DNA of 64,000 nt from Octopus sinensis (GCF_006345805.1 NC_043009.1:26412001-26476000), one strand, 5' to 3'. Positions 1 to 11,260 are shown, counted from the first letter of the stretch. The notes: generated by a model from the sequence alone, not told the origin. Made by a program: numbers and translations.

Positions 1-85
1 TGTGGGTAGTAAAGAAACGCGTTATGGTCTTGAGAAAAACACTTTATTTCACGTTGCCCCAGACCCCTTAGCTGTAAATAAGTAA
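1..85 (+). mobile_element. SINE fragments (end of family B, core of family D)
   Basis: tgtgggtagtaaagaaa matches the family B end; tcttgagaaaaacactttatttcacgttgccccag resembles the family D core (12010-11965 on minus). Confidence 0.55.
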
Positions 86-363
86 AATTTTGAGAGATTG
101 ACTTACAAGGGATAGAAGGTAACCTGAGAAAATCACTCAGATGGAGGTCTCGCGAACCACGTTTCATATTCAGCGATAGAAAAGGTGAATAGTACCACTT
201 GTATCATGAATCCCAACTGGATGGGGTTGGTTGTTCAACCAATTCGAAGAAGGAATGAAAAATGAAGAAGTAAGAGCAGAATTGTGGTGAGAATGGAATC
301 TACGTACGCTGAGTTCAAAAATCTACCAAAGGTCAAGCTTATCCATCATCAATTCTTATCTAT

Positions 364-671
364 TCTTTTACTTGTTTCAGTCATTTGACTGCGGCCATGC
401 TGGAGCACCGCCTCTTAGTCGAACAAATGGACCCCAGAACTTATTCTTTGTAAGCCTAGTACTTATTCTATCTGTCTCTTTTTTCGTACTGCTTAGTTAC
501 GGGGATGTAAACACACCAGCATCGGTTGTCAAGCGATGATGGGGATGGACAAACAGACAAACAAACATACACACGCATACACACACATATACGTCAAACT
601 TCTTTCAGTTACCATCTACCAGATCCACTCACAAGGCTTTGGTCGTCCCGTGGCAATAGCAGAAGACACTT
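364..671 (-). mobile_element. tRNA-derived SINE family A, 5'-truncated
   Basis: Reverse complement of the family tail ...ggcggtgctccagcatggccgcagtcaaatgactgaaacaagtaaaa plus an internal (CA)n; same sequence as the full copy at 20563-21026. Confidence 0.85.
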
Positions 672-1371
672 GGAGAGTGAAATTTCAAACATAGAATGTA
701 GGCGGGACTGTGTAGATAGGTTATAGATAAAGGGGAGACATTTTCTGTCTATGTTATGGGGGCTGTAGAACACTGGGTTGCCTGAATGTGTAGTTTGGTG
801 TTGGCAGGAAATAAAGTGTAAAATGTAGTTTCGATTAGAACTCGCAAACATTTCAACTGGAAACGAAGAATATCCACCAGATTTACTGTTTATTATTGGC
901 AGAGGCATTTAGGAAACTATTGTTGGTATCAGGGTACTGTGACATTACGAATATCCCTGCTATGAGCCAATTCAAATGTTTACGATAGACTCAACTCCAT
1001 TGAAGACACCCATGGGTCAGCGTATTATATTAAACCGGGTGGTCGTCCGGGTATATTTCCAGTAGTAATTACACCAACGAATCTACAACTTTTGTGTTCG
1101 TTTTCCGCTAAGCTTTGACGTTCATCTGACATATTTTAACCAAACGTTTTGTTTAAAGACAACTTCTGTTTTTGCTTGACATAAGGACACGAAAGAATGT
1201 CTTGTTTTCTTTTTCCTTCTTTTTCCTTTAATTTCAAATATCCGATCACATTATCAACTGAGATCTAAATTCGATCATGCGTGTATGCGTGTGTCTTCGT
1301 ATCTAGTGTCGTTGTATCTAAGCATGTGTATGCATTTGTGTGTATGTGTGTACATAAGTGTGTGTGTATGC

Positions 1372-1403
<32 letters not shown>

Positions 1404-1859
1404 GGCATATATGTATGTATATATTGTACATGTGTATGTTTTTATAGAGTAAATATATATATATAATATGTAAATATATATTATGTATGGATATTATATA
1501 TTATATATATATATATTATACCTCTGCGTGTAATGTGTGATGCATGTAGTGTGACCGTGTGCGTGGTGTCCTGCACGCACGTGTTGTGTGTGTGTGTGTG
1601 TGCTGTACGGGTGGTTAGAATCCCAGATGTTATTGACAAGTTGTTTTAGAATAGAATTTAGAAAATACCGTAGATTTCGTTCTGTAAATGATTTACAAAG
1701 AAGAAAAAGAACCGATTCCATTTGTTCTACAAATGGAATTGATTGGAATTCACCTTTGGTTGTTTAGTAAACTTCTTGGAGCAATGTGGGAGATAAAATT
1801 GGGTATCGATCCAGAACAAAAGATAGATAATTTAGAAAACAGAGAGAGACTGAGAGGAA

Positions 1860-2212
1860 GATGGAGAATGAGTACATGGGAAGAGGCGGTGGTGGTGGTG
1901 GCTGTGTTGATGGTGGTGGTAATAGTGATGGTGACAGTGTGGGGAGGAAGATGGTGGTGGTTGTGGTGGCCATGACACTGTTGATGGTGGTAGTAGTGAT
2001 GGTGGTAGTAGTGATGGTGGTGTTGGTGGTGGTGATGTGCTGGAGGTGATAAGTAGTGGTGGTTGTGAAAGTTGTGGTTGTGGCAGTGCTGGTGATGATG
2101 GTGGTGGCGGTGATGGTGGCGGCGGTGATGGTGGCGGCGGTGGTGGTGGTGGTGGCTATGATGATGGTGGTGGTGATGGTAGTGGTGATGGTGGTGGTGA
2201 TGGTAGCGTGAG
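1860..2212. repeat. Degenerate (GGT/GAT)n trinucleotide array
   Basis: Directly visible; explains the poly-V, poly-G and poly-T ORFs here. Confidence 0.9.
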
Positions 2213-2240
2213 TAGAAAAGATTATATTATATATTATATA

Positions 2241-2404
2241 CAGGCGCAGGCATATCTGTGGAGTTAGAAAGCTCACTTTGCAACCACATGGTTTCGGTTT
2301 CCGTTCCACAGCGCAGCATAAGTGTCTTCTACTGTGTCTTCTCGGGCTTACCAGTGCTTCGTGAGTGGGTTAGTAGATGGAAACTATATGAATGCCCGTC
2401 GTAT
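2241..2404 (+). mobile_element. SINE family A head
   Basis: aggcgcagg...caaccacatggtttcggtttcc...aagtgtcttctact...gcccgtcgtat, homologous to 20563-20710. Confidence 0.8.
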
Positions 2405-2765
2405 TAGAATTTTCTTCAGGTCGAATGTACCATCCCGCTCAAAAGGTCCCTGAATAAGGGTTGTTTAAGGATATTGAACAAACACACATGTTCCCAGAGT
2501 TGAATTATTCAAACCCCAAAGAATTGCTCTTAACACATGGCTATAATGCTCAACCTCTACTTCTGCTCGTGAACAGAGATGCACATATCGTCAGCCACTA
2601 AGGGACATGCTCAAATAATTAAGGTCAAACAACTGTGATATTGAGCAGAATATTTGCTGTAGCACGTCATTTTTATACCAAGACAAAACAATGTACATGA
2701 TAGCACTTCCAATCAGTTCAGGTCAGAAGTCATGAGAGCCATTTCCTGGTATTGCATCAGGGCAA
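2405..2765 (-). mobile_element. Family F interspersed repeat (non-LTR-like, associated with (TAA)n)
   Basis: High identity to 40880-41190; abuts a (TTA)n array at 2766. Confidence 0.7.
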
Positions 2766-2799
<34 letters not shown>

Positions 2800-2806
2800 T
2801 ATATTA

Positions 2807-3020
2807 AGGTTGTGAGCTGGTGGAATTGTTAGCACGCTGGACGAAATGCTTAGCTGTTTTTCGTCTGTCACTACGTTCTGAGCTCAAATTCTGCTACGGT
2901 CGACTTTGCCTTTCATCTTTTCGGGGTCGACAAATTAAGTACCAGTTGAGTACTGGGGTCGATGAGATCGACTGTCCCCCTCCCCACAAGATCTAGACCT
3001 TGTGCCTATAGTAGAAAGGA
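2807..3020 (+). mobile_element. SINE family B (tRNA head plus CORE-like segment)
   Basis: gagctgg..gaattgttagcacgc...ttctgagctcaaatt (B-box-like)...cgactttgcctttcatc.tttcggggtcga.aaattaagtaccag. Confidence 0.85.
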
Positions 3021-3564
3021 TTATTATTATTATCATTGTGCTGTCCAATTCATTTCCGAGATTGTATACATAAAATTTTCACGTGCAGCTTACAGACAAG
3101 ATGGATCACCTATATTATTTTCAACATTAATAGTTTTCGCCTTTTCTGAATTAAATTCCATTAAATATTAGTTAAATAAATGTCCGGCCATCACAAGTAA
3201 AGTCCTCATCCTGTCACCGCGATATCCCACAAGTTAATCTTAATCAAAGCAGTGACAGGAATAGATATAGTGTTTCCTCATTAGCAAGGACTATTGATCT
3301 TTCCATAGAAGGCTACTCAAATCTTCTAGAAGACGTTTTGCCGATTCAATCAGCGCCATAACATGCCTGTCATCTGGCTTGATGACTTCCTCCTACTTCT
3401 CTTTTAGAAAGGTGACAAGGGTGTTGTTAGGGACGACCATCTTACAACAAGTATTCGGATTATGTCTTAAGGGTCTTTTTTGTTTTCTTTCTTTTCTTTC
3501 TACAAGTCTTGGAAGGTTTTCAAAATGATAATTGGTACCAATAGACTTCGTCTTACTAAAACAT

Positions 3565-3805
3565 TTTTACTTGTTTCAGTCATTGGACTGCGGCCATGCT
3601 GGGGCACTGCAATGAAGGGTTTGGTCGAACAAATCAACCACAGGTATTTATTTTTAAGAGTGGTATTTATTCTATCTTTCTCTTTGTCGAATCATTAAGT
3701 TACAGGAATGTAGACAAACCAACATCGGTTGTCAAGTGGTGAGGGGAGACAACACAAACACACAAAGACAAGCACACATATCTTAATCTGTCTCTCTCTC
3801 TCTCT

Positions 3806-3854
<49 letters not shown>

Positions 3855-4027
3855 TACACACACAGAGACGACGGGCTCCTTTCAGTTCCCGTCTACCGAA
3901 TCCATTCACAAAGTTTTAGTCGACTCGAAGACATTGTAGAAGACACCCAAAGTGTCAAACAGTGAAATTGAACCCGGGACCATGTGGTTGACAACCACAC
4001 TCTTATCACACAGCCACGCCTGCGCCT
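3565..4027 (-). mobile_element. SINE family A, near full length
   Basis: Tail ttttacttgtttcagtc at the left, head cagccacgcctgcgcct at the right, internal (CT)(AT)(CA) microsatellite. Confidence 0.85.
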
Positions 4028-4345
4028 AAGATATTTTTATTTTTATTTTTATTTTTAAAAATGTACCGGACACTTTTAAACTACGCCCAAAAGATAAAAA
4101 AAAGAGAAAATGTCTTTGTGTTTCCACCCCCACCCCCACCAACAACAACACCGTCGCTTAACAACCAGTGATGTTTTGTTTATGTCCTCGAAACTTAGCT
4201 ATTGACAAGTCAGGACAATAGACTAAGTACCTGGTGCCATGCAGTGGAACTGAACGCTGAACCATGTGACTGCGAAGCAAGCTTCTTACCACACAACCAC
4301 ACCTGAAATTCTTTGCATCGTTTAGTCCATACCGTAGAATGCAGT

Positions 4346-4487
4346 ACCACTAGCGTAGCTGGGAAGAGCGGTCCAGCCCGGGCGGCGCTTTTGGGTCTAC
4401 TGTATGCAATATGTATTTTTTGTGGGATCCGGGGAGTGGCACACAGAAGAGGCGCCTCGGGCGGCACCTACTCTAGCTACGCAGTAC
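4346..4487. mobile_element. Degenerate GC-rich MITE, hAT-like termini
   Basis: Left cactagcgtagctggg and right ctagctacgcag form an imperfect inverted repeat, with further imperfect inverted pairing inside; termini resemble the cagtggcgtagc type (recall). Confidence 0.45.
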
Positions 4488-5017
4488 CTTATTTTACCGT
4501 ATAATATATCACACTTGTTTCGACTTTAGTCACAATGATGGCAGTTTAGGAAGGACACTTTAGTCGATTACAGGTTTCTTTTTAAAAAGAAAATAAGCAA
4601 CAAGGCGGTGCCCCAGCATGGCCGCAGTCTAATGACTGAAACAAGTAAAAAACAAAACTCATCGCCGACTGTATTTGAACCATGTAACTATTGATTACGG
4701 TTGGACCACCTTATCGAATTCACCCACTGAATTTACCTTGTTGCAGTAAATATTGATTTTCTTAATCACTAGCATTGACATAAGATCACATAATTTATGC
4801 GGTTTGCTTCTATACTATAGCCTCGTCTCCACGAGGCTAAATTCGCTCGAATGATATAGTACCATAGCTGATTGGTACTATATTTTATCGATCTCAAAAG
4901 AAACGAAAAATATCATAAAACTCGGCAGGATTCGATCGTAGAACATAAAGGTTCATTAAAACTTTGGAATAAATATTTAAAATCAACCACAGCGAACACA
5001 CATTCATATAATGCCTC

Positions 5018-5430
5018 AAGGCGGCGAGCTGGCAGAAACGCTAGCACACCAAGCGGAATGCTTAGCAGTATTTCGTCTGCCGAGGTCGACTTTGCCTTTC
5101 ATCCTTTCGGGGTCGATTAAATAAGGACCAGTTACGCACTGGGATCGATATAATCGACTTAATCCCTTTGTCTGTCCTTGTTTGTCCCCTCTGTGTGTAG
5201 CCCCTTGTGGGCAATAAAGAAATAAGAAACGTTAGCACGCCGGGTGGAATGCTTACCTCTATTTCGTCTGCCGCTACGTTCTCAGTTCAAATTCCGCCGA
5301 GGTCGACTTTGCCTTTCATCCTTTCGGGGTCGATAAACCAAGTACCAGTTGCGTACTGGGGTCGGTCTAATCGACTGGCTCCCCACCCCAAAAAAAAATT
5401 TCGGGCCTTGTATCTAAAGTAGAAAAGATT
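5018..5430 (+). mobile_element. SINE family B, tandem/dimeric arrangement
   Basis: Two consecutive CORE-like units with different tails; same layout at 7545-7930, 25146-25545 and 27600-27965. Confidence 0.85.
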
Positions 5431-6067
5431 CATATAATGCCTTGCTGTATTCGTTTCAACTCTCTGGGCTCTTAGTTCGAATTCAAGTCGCTGTCAATTT
5501 TGGTTTTCCTCATTTTAGTGTCAATAAAATTGTAAGAGTATTGAATGGTATACCTTGAGGTACCAATTCTAGATCCGTCCATTCGAGTTCAAATTCACTC
5601 TATCGCCGAAAACAACTGACATTTGTGTTAGGAGTTGCAGCCTTTAGTATCAGTTTCCCTGATTCGGTCAGCCTTTAGTATCATAGTTTCCCCTGATTCG
5701 ATCAGAAAATCGACTGCTGCCAGCCATCACACACACGCACACACACACTGGCATGCGGCCATGCTGGAGCACCGCCTTGAAGGACTAAGTTGAACAAATC
5801 AACCCCACTTCTTATTTATTTTTAAGTTTGGTACTTTATCGGTTCCTTTGCCAACTCGCTAGGTTACAGGGGCATAAACAAATGAACATCGGTTGTCAAA
5901 TGAGGTTGAGAGTTTAATACATGCACAGTTTACGTCTACTAATTTCATTCACAAGTCATTAATCGGGTCAACTCGGAATTATAGTAGAACATGTCCGGTA
6001 AGTTCACCGTCATCAATTCACCGATTTCTTTTCTTTTTCTTTTCAATAAAATAGTTTTTAACTATCA

Positions 6068-6757
6068 ATGGTCGTGTGGTAAGAAGCTTTCTTCCCAACC
6101 ACAGGGTTCCGGGTTCAGTCCCACTGCTTGACACCCTGGATAAGTGTCTTCTACTATAGACTCGGGCAGACCAAAGCCTTATGAGTGGATTTGGTAGACG
6201 GAAACTGAAAGAAGCCCGTCGTATATATATATATATATATTATAAAACGGGAAGCTTTATGAAAATAGACAAAAGACGAAGGCAGGTGGAAAACAAACAA
6301 ACAATTGTATTAGTATGGCGCTCAGGAAGTATAAATAAAACAAGTCTTTAACGTTTCGAGCCTACGCTCTTCAACAGAAAGATACACAGAGAGAAAAAAA
6401 ACACAGAAAGAAGGAGAGAAAAAAAATGCGTGCAGTAACTAACGAATCAACATGGCGATCTGATTTCGGCCAGAGGTCAAAGATCAAACATGAGACGCGA
6501 GAGCGAAATAAGGGGAGATAATAGGGTTGATAATAGGGTTGAATGACACTAGGATAGGTCTGGACAGGCGTATGTATGGGGTTGGTGTATGTATTAGTAT
6601 GTATTAGTATGTATTAGTACGTATTAGTATGTATAAGTGTGTGTGTGTGTGTGTATGAGAGAGTATAAGTGCGTATGAGGGGTCTGGACGTGTGTATGTA
6701 TAGGGTTGGTGTATGTATTAGTATGTATTAGTATGTATTAGTACGTATTAGTATGTA

Positions 6758-6802
<45 letters not shown>

Positions 6803-6817
6803 GTGTGTGTGTGTCTG

Positions 6818-6861
<44 letters not shown>

Positions 6862-7068
6862 ATTTATTTGTATTTCTGTCCCCACCTCCGTCATCGCTTG
6901 ACAACTGATGTTGGTGCGTTTACGCTCCCGAAATTAAACAGTTCGACAAAAGAATCCGACAGAATAAGTACTAGGCTTACAAAGAATAAGTCCTGAGGCC
7001 GATTTGTTTGACTAATGGCGGTGCTGCAGCATGGTCGCAGTCAAATGATTGAAACGAGTAAAAGAATA
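6068..7068 (+). mobile_element. SINE family A interrupted in its internal (TA)n by a Penelope-type fragment
   Basis: Head at 6068-6225 and tail at about 6860-7068 are collinear with the full copy; the intervening sequence is a different repeat. Confidence 0.75.
6243..6760 (-). mobile_element. Penelope-like terminal-repeat fragment with minimal hammerhead-like motif (6346-6381)
   Basis: Minus strand reads cttt-CTGTTGA-a-gagc-gtag-gctc-GAAA-cg-TT-aaag; flanks are homologous to 9105-9275 and 13130-13362; ends in (TA)n. The PLE assignment rests on the known association of minimal hammerheads with PLE terminal repeats. Confidence 0.6.
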
Positions 7069-7544
7069 CTCCGAATGGATTTTCCTCGCGGTGAACTTTC
7101 TTCAAGGTGAATTAATGGCGGTGCACTTACCTGTAATCATAGAAGACACACACACGGCTAGGGTGTCGCACAGTGAGATTGAACCTGTTTCAGCAGAGTT
7201 GCAAAGCTAGCTTCTTAACTACACAGCCTTGCCCGCTTCTGTGATAAATATGTTCAATGAAAGACTGACAGAATATATCTACAGAACATTATGCTACCGA
7301 TTGTTCAGTTGTTGCTGTACCGCATTTTGAGTTCAAATTTATTGATTTCAAATCGATAAATTCGTACTAGTTATAGAAATATTAACACCCATTCCATTGA
7401 ACATCTCTTTCGTTAACAAAAAGAGAGAAAAATATTGGCCCTTTCCACTACTCGAGTAATTTTTTGTTATGCTTTATTTAAAAATAACAAAATTCACCAA
7501 ATCATTTCTTGTTATGTAGAAAATTTAAGTGGAAGATGCTCTTT

Positions 7545-7930
7545 TTTACTCTAGGAACTAGGCCCGAAATTTTGGGGAAGTTAGATCATCCCCTGGTACA
7601 CAACTGGTACTTATTTAATCGACCCCGAAAGGATGAAAGGCAAAGTCGACCTCGGCGGAATTTGAACTCAGAACATGAAGACAGACGAAATACCTATTTC
7701 TTTACTTCCCACAGGGGGCTAAACACAGAGAGGACAACCAAGGACAGACAAACGGATTAAGTCGATTATATCGACCTCAGTGCGTAACTGGTACTTAATT
7801 TATCGACCCCGAAAGGATGAAAGGCAAAGTCAACCTCAGCGGAATTTGAACTCAGAATGTAACGGCAGACGAAATACGGCTACGCATTTCGCCCGGCGTG
7901 CTAACATTTCTGCCAGCTCGCCACCTTATA
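7545..7930 (-). mobile_element. SINE family B, dimeric
   Basis: Two gtacttatttaatcgaccccgaaaggatgaaaggcaaagtc units; head gccagctcgccacc at the right end. Confidence 0.85.
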
Positions 7931-8048
7931 AAGTGGAAGATGCTAACGTACCAATATCTCACATAGGCATGGTTGACAAACTTTCTTTGCAACGAAGTGG
8001 TTTCGGGTTCATTCCTAGTTCATGGCATCTTGCATAACTCTCTTTTTT

Positions 8049-8302
8049 CTCTTTTACTTGTTTCAGCCATTTGATTGTAGCCATGCTGAGCACCGCCTTT
8101 AGTCGAGCAAATCGACCCCAGGACTTATTCTTTGTAAGCCTAGTACTTATTCTATCGGTCTATTTTGCCGAACCGCTAAGTTACGGGGACGTAAACCCAC
8201 CAGCATCTGTTGTCAAGCGATGTTGGGGGAACAAACACAGACACACAAACGTATACACACACGCACACACACACACATGCACACACGCACACACACACAC
8301 AC

Positions 8303-8354
<52 letters not shown>

Positions 8355-8556
8355 TCAATAAATGGTGGGGTTGTGTTGACCGCACGTGAGAAATGATAAG
8401 CAAGGAAAAATTCTTTTTTAAATGCAGAATGCTCAAATGAAAGAAAATTTTAATAAAATGAGAATTGATAAAATATATAAATATATATTTATTCAACCGG
8501 TTTTCATATATATATATACATATATACAACGGGATTCTTTCAGTTTCCGTCTACCA
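8049..8556 (-). mobile_element. SINE family A with an insertion in its internal (TA)n
   Basis: Tail at the left; cgggattctttcagtttccgtctacc at the right; foreign segment at 8356-8505. Confidence 0.8.
8356..8505 (-). mobile_element. Probable Penelope-like 3' terminal fragment
   Basis: gaatgctcaaatgaaagaaaattttaataaaatgag...aaccggttttca is homologous to 14165-14255, which lies downstream of the GIY-YIG relic. Confidence 0.45.
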
Positions 8557-8617
8557 AAGCATTCGAAAGTTAAAACGATGCAAAGCGCATTGTGAATCCC
8601 AACTGGATAGGGTTGGT

Positions 8618-8658
<41 letters not shown>

Positions 8659-8844
8659 TTCTTTTACTGGAATGGTGTTGACAGTGACTTTGAAATTTCA
8701 GCTTGATACGACATTGTCAGACAGTCCGAAATTTCGAAGTCACTATCAATGCCATTTTTATCAATGGCTAGTGAATGTGTATGTACTCTGCAAAAAGTGT
8801 TGTTGAATCCTTCAGTTAAATGTAAAATTGTTTTTAATATAATC

Positions 8845-9045
8845 CAACATGAAGGCAACGAGCTGACAGAATCGTTGGCAAACCGGGAAAAATGTTTTGC
8901 AGCATTTCGGCAGTTTCTACGTTCTGAGTTCAAATTCCGCCGCGGTCGGCTTTGACTTTCATCCTTTCGAGGTCGATAAATGAGTACCGATTGAATACTA
9001 TAATCGATTTATCCCCTCCCAAAATTGCTGGTCTTGTTCCGATAT
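8845..9045 (+). mobile_element. SINE family B
   Basis: ggcaacgagctgacagaatcgttggca...ttctgagttcaaattccgcc. Confidence 0.8.
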
Positions 9046-9104
9046 TTTAAACCAAAATAAGCATAAAAACAAACCTTCGCTCCGTTTTATTATATTTTTT
9101 TTTT

Positions 9105-9275
9105 TTTCGTTCTCACTCCATTGTTTTTCCTCTCAATGTTATCTGTGAAAGAGCGTAGGCTCGAAACGTCAAAGCTTTTCCCATTCTTTTCGAGCGTTAA
9201 ACTAATACACATGCTTATTGTTCCCTCACCTGTCTTCGTCTTTTGTTTTCTCTAAATTTGAAATTTATATATATA
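9105..9275 (+). mobile_element. Penelope-like terminal-repeat fragment (degenerate hammerhead at 9143-9174)
   Basis: ctgtgaaagagcgtaggctcgaaacgtcaaag, with downstream homology to 13234-13362. Confidence 0.55.
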
Positions 9276-9610
9276 TATTCAAAAGAAAATTCAGCGAGGT
9301 AGACATAAAATTTAATACATTAATTTATCAAACTTTCAAGATATACAAAACAAATGGAAGGAAATTCGTAAACATTTCAATGGATTCAAACGTAATTAGC
9401 GTTAATTAAAATTACAGCTGATTATCTCTTTCTCTGCGACTTCCATTGTGTTCTGTCAAACACAAAGAGAGAACGAACGAAATGATATATAGCAGCTTTC
9501 TCTTCACCGCCTCTTACTTTATCTACGAATAGTATTCTTTAGAGATTGTCGTCGGATTGTGTTTAAAATGATGGCAATTAGTTATCGTTAAGAGTTTAAT
9601 ATTTAATTAC

Positions 9611-9757
9611 CTGGAGGAATTTCTTGTGACATTCAATAAAAACTAAGCGAGTACACTCATTGGTAACCTGTTTCAATGAAATGTCTAGCCTCATGAATAG
9701 TTTTATAAGTTTCAACATGCGGTTCATGAGCAAAATGCCAATTACTGTAACAAACGT
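9611..9757 (-). CDS. Candidate orphan exon (147 nt, phase 0-0), product unknown
   Basis: Acceptor gtttcattctatacacag| and donor ctccag|gtaatt; open frame TFVTVIGILLMNRMLKLIKLFMRLDISLKQVTNECTRLVFIECHKKFLQ. No homology recognised. Confidence 0.3.
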
Positions 9758-10063
9758 CTGTGTATAGAATGAAACATACACGAAATAAGCGTTTGAATTC
9801 CTTCGTTGGCAATGGCTGTTTTTGTAGTGTATCTAATCGGTAGTAATACGTGATTGGCTCTTTACATTATTGACAAAAGCAACGTCTATCCAAAATATAG
9901 GGTTTGGGACTGTTTTAGAGGCAGTATCTAAAGGCTTCCACGCATATATATATATATATTTGTTGTGCAAGATTTTTTATGTTAAGTCGTGTGTTGAAAC
10001 AGACATTGTTGTATTTCGGATGGTCATTTTGCCAGTTAGAGCCAATAAAAACACACGCAACTA

Positions 10064-10306
10064 ATATTTGGGTGTTACTTTGCTTCAGTGTTATTTGTTT
10101 TTTACATTAATCTTAATCTTATTTCGGGCAAAGTTCTTTCGTCACACTTCTGTGACCGCATCAGTAGTCCTTTGCTTTCTTCTTTCTTATTTGTGTCTCT
10201 CCTTACTAACCGTCAGCCATTTCAGGAGTGTGACGAAAGAACTCTGGCCGAAATAAGATTAGATTAATGTAAAAAATAATAACCTGAAGCAAGTAACACC
10301 AAATAT
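10064..10306. repeat. Inverted repeat, arms about 85 bp (10064-10152 / 10223-10306), 70-bp spacer
   Basis: atatttgggtgttactttgcttcag...ctttcgtcacact versus agtgtgacgaaag...ctgaagcaagtaacaccaaatat. Confidence 0.85.
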
Positions 10307-10359
10307 ATGTGCATGTGTTTTTATTGGCTAAACTGGCAAAACATAATGTGTGTGTGTGT

Positions 10360-10415
<56 letters not shown>

Positions 10416-11222
10416 TGTGTGTGTGTGTGAGTGGAGTGTGGTGTGTATGTATCTGTGTGTTTTGTAATAATAATATGTTAAAATTTGTCTCACGCCTACC
10501 TATTGGTCCGGCTTCCATGGCGTTGAGCTAGCTACCTAATCAACAAGACTACTTATTGAACGGGATGCAAGTAAAGAAGGTATTAAATGTTGAAAATACT
10601 ACGCATACTAGACTATGGATTAGCAGTGTGCATAGTATTTTCCATAGACTGAAAAGATATTTGTCAAATTGGGGGTACCTTAAGAATAAATCTGCCCTGA
10701 TGTTAAAGCCGTTCGCTGAGTTTTCTAAATACCTCAAGATATGCATGTTTTTGCTGTACATAGGCAACATTTCTTGATCTCTTTATTATATGGCTTACTC
10801 CGCTCAAACGTTTTTTGCTCTGTTCCATGTCATAGTCAGTGTCATGACCCTTCAGATTTTAAATATAGTTAGCAAGCGTAGCTGTTTTTCTTATCCTTCA
10901 ACATTTCTGAAAGACGTGATATGATGAAAATAATATCATTCGAATTTAAACTGAACTATTGCTACGTAATGATTCTGTTCGTTTGGTTGGTATCAGGCTC
11001 AAGGTTGGAGATCTGATTTAATGGACATGTGAAAACAATTCTATTAAAACACCCTTGTAATGTTAGTTTGGCAGATATAGGAGAAATGAAGGTTTCTATA
11101 TGAGAAGTAGCACTGTAACACTCATTTTTTCTTATGATTTCAATGTCAACGTCAAACAATTGAATGTGTGTGTGTGCGTGTGTGTGTGCGTGTTTGTGTG
11201 TGCGTGTATGTGTGTGCGTGTG

Positions 11223-11260
<38 letters not shown>

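Noticed and set aside
609-1200. 99-aa minus ORF and adjacent frames
   Set aside because: In-frame stop directly before the ATG, the end runs into a SINE, and there is no recognisable homology; shares short motifs with PLE-type flanks.
1764-2309. Poly-Thr, poly-Val and Gly/Asp ORFs
   Set aside because: Arise from a degenerate trinucleotide array that is stop-free in several frames.
5638-5705. 33-35-bp tandem duplication (also 6557-6760 and 38880-38950)
   Set aside because: Ordinary slippage-type local duplications with no further structure.
10549-10777. Overlapping 73-aa ORFs on both strands
   Set aside because: No convincing splice-site pair and no recognisable motif.
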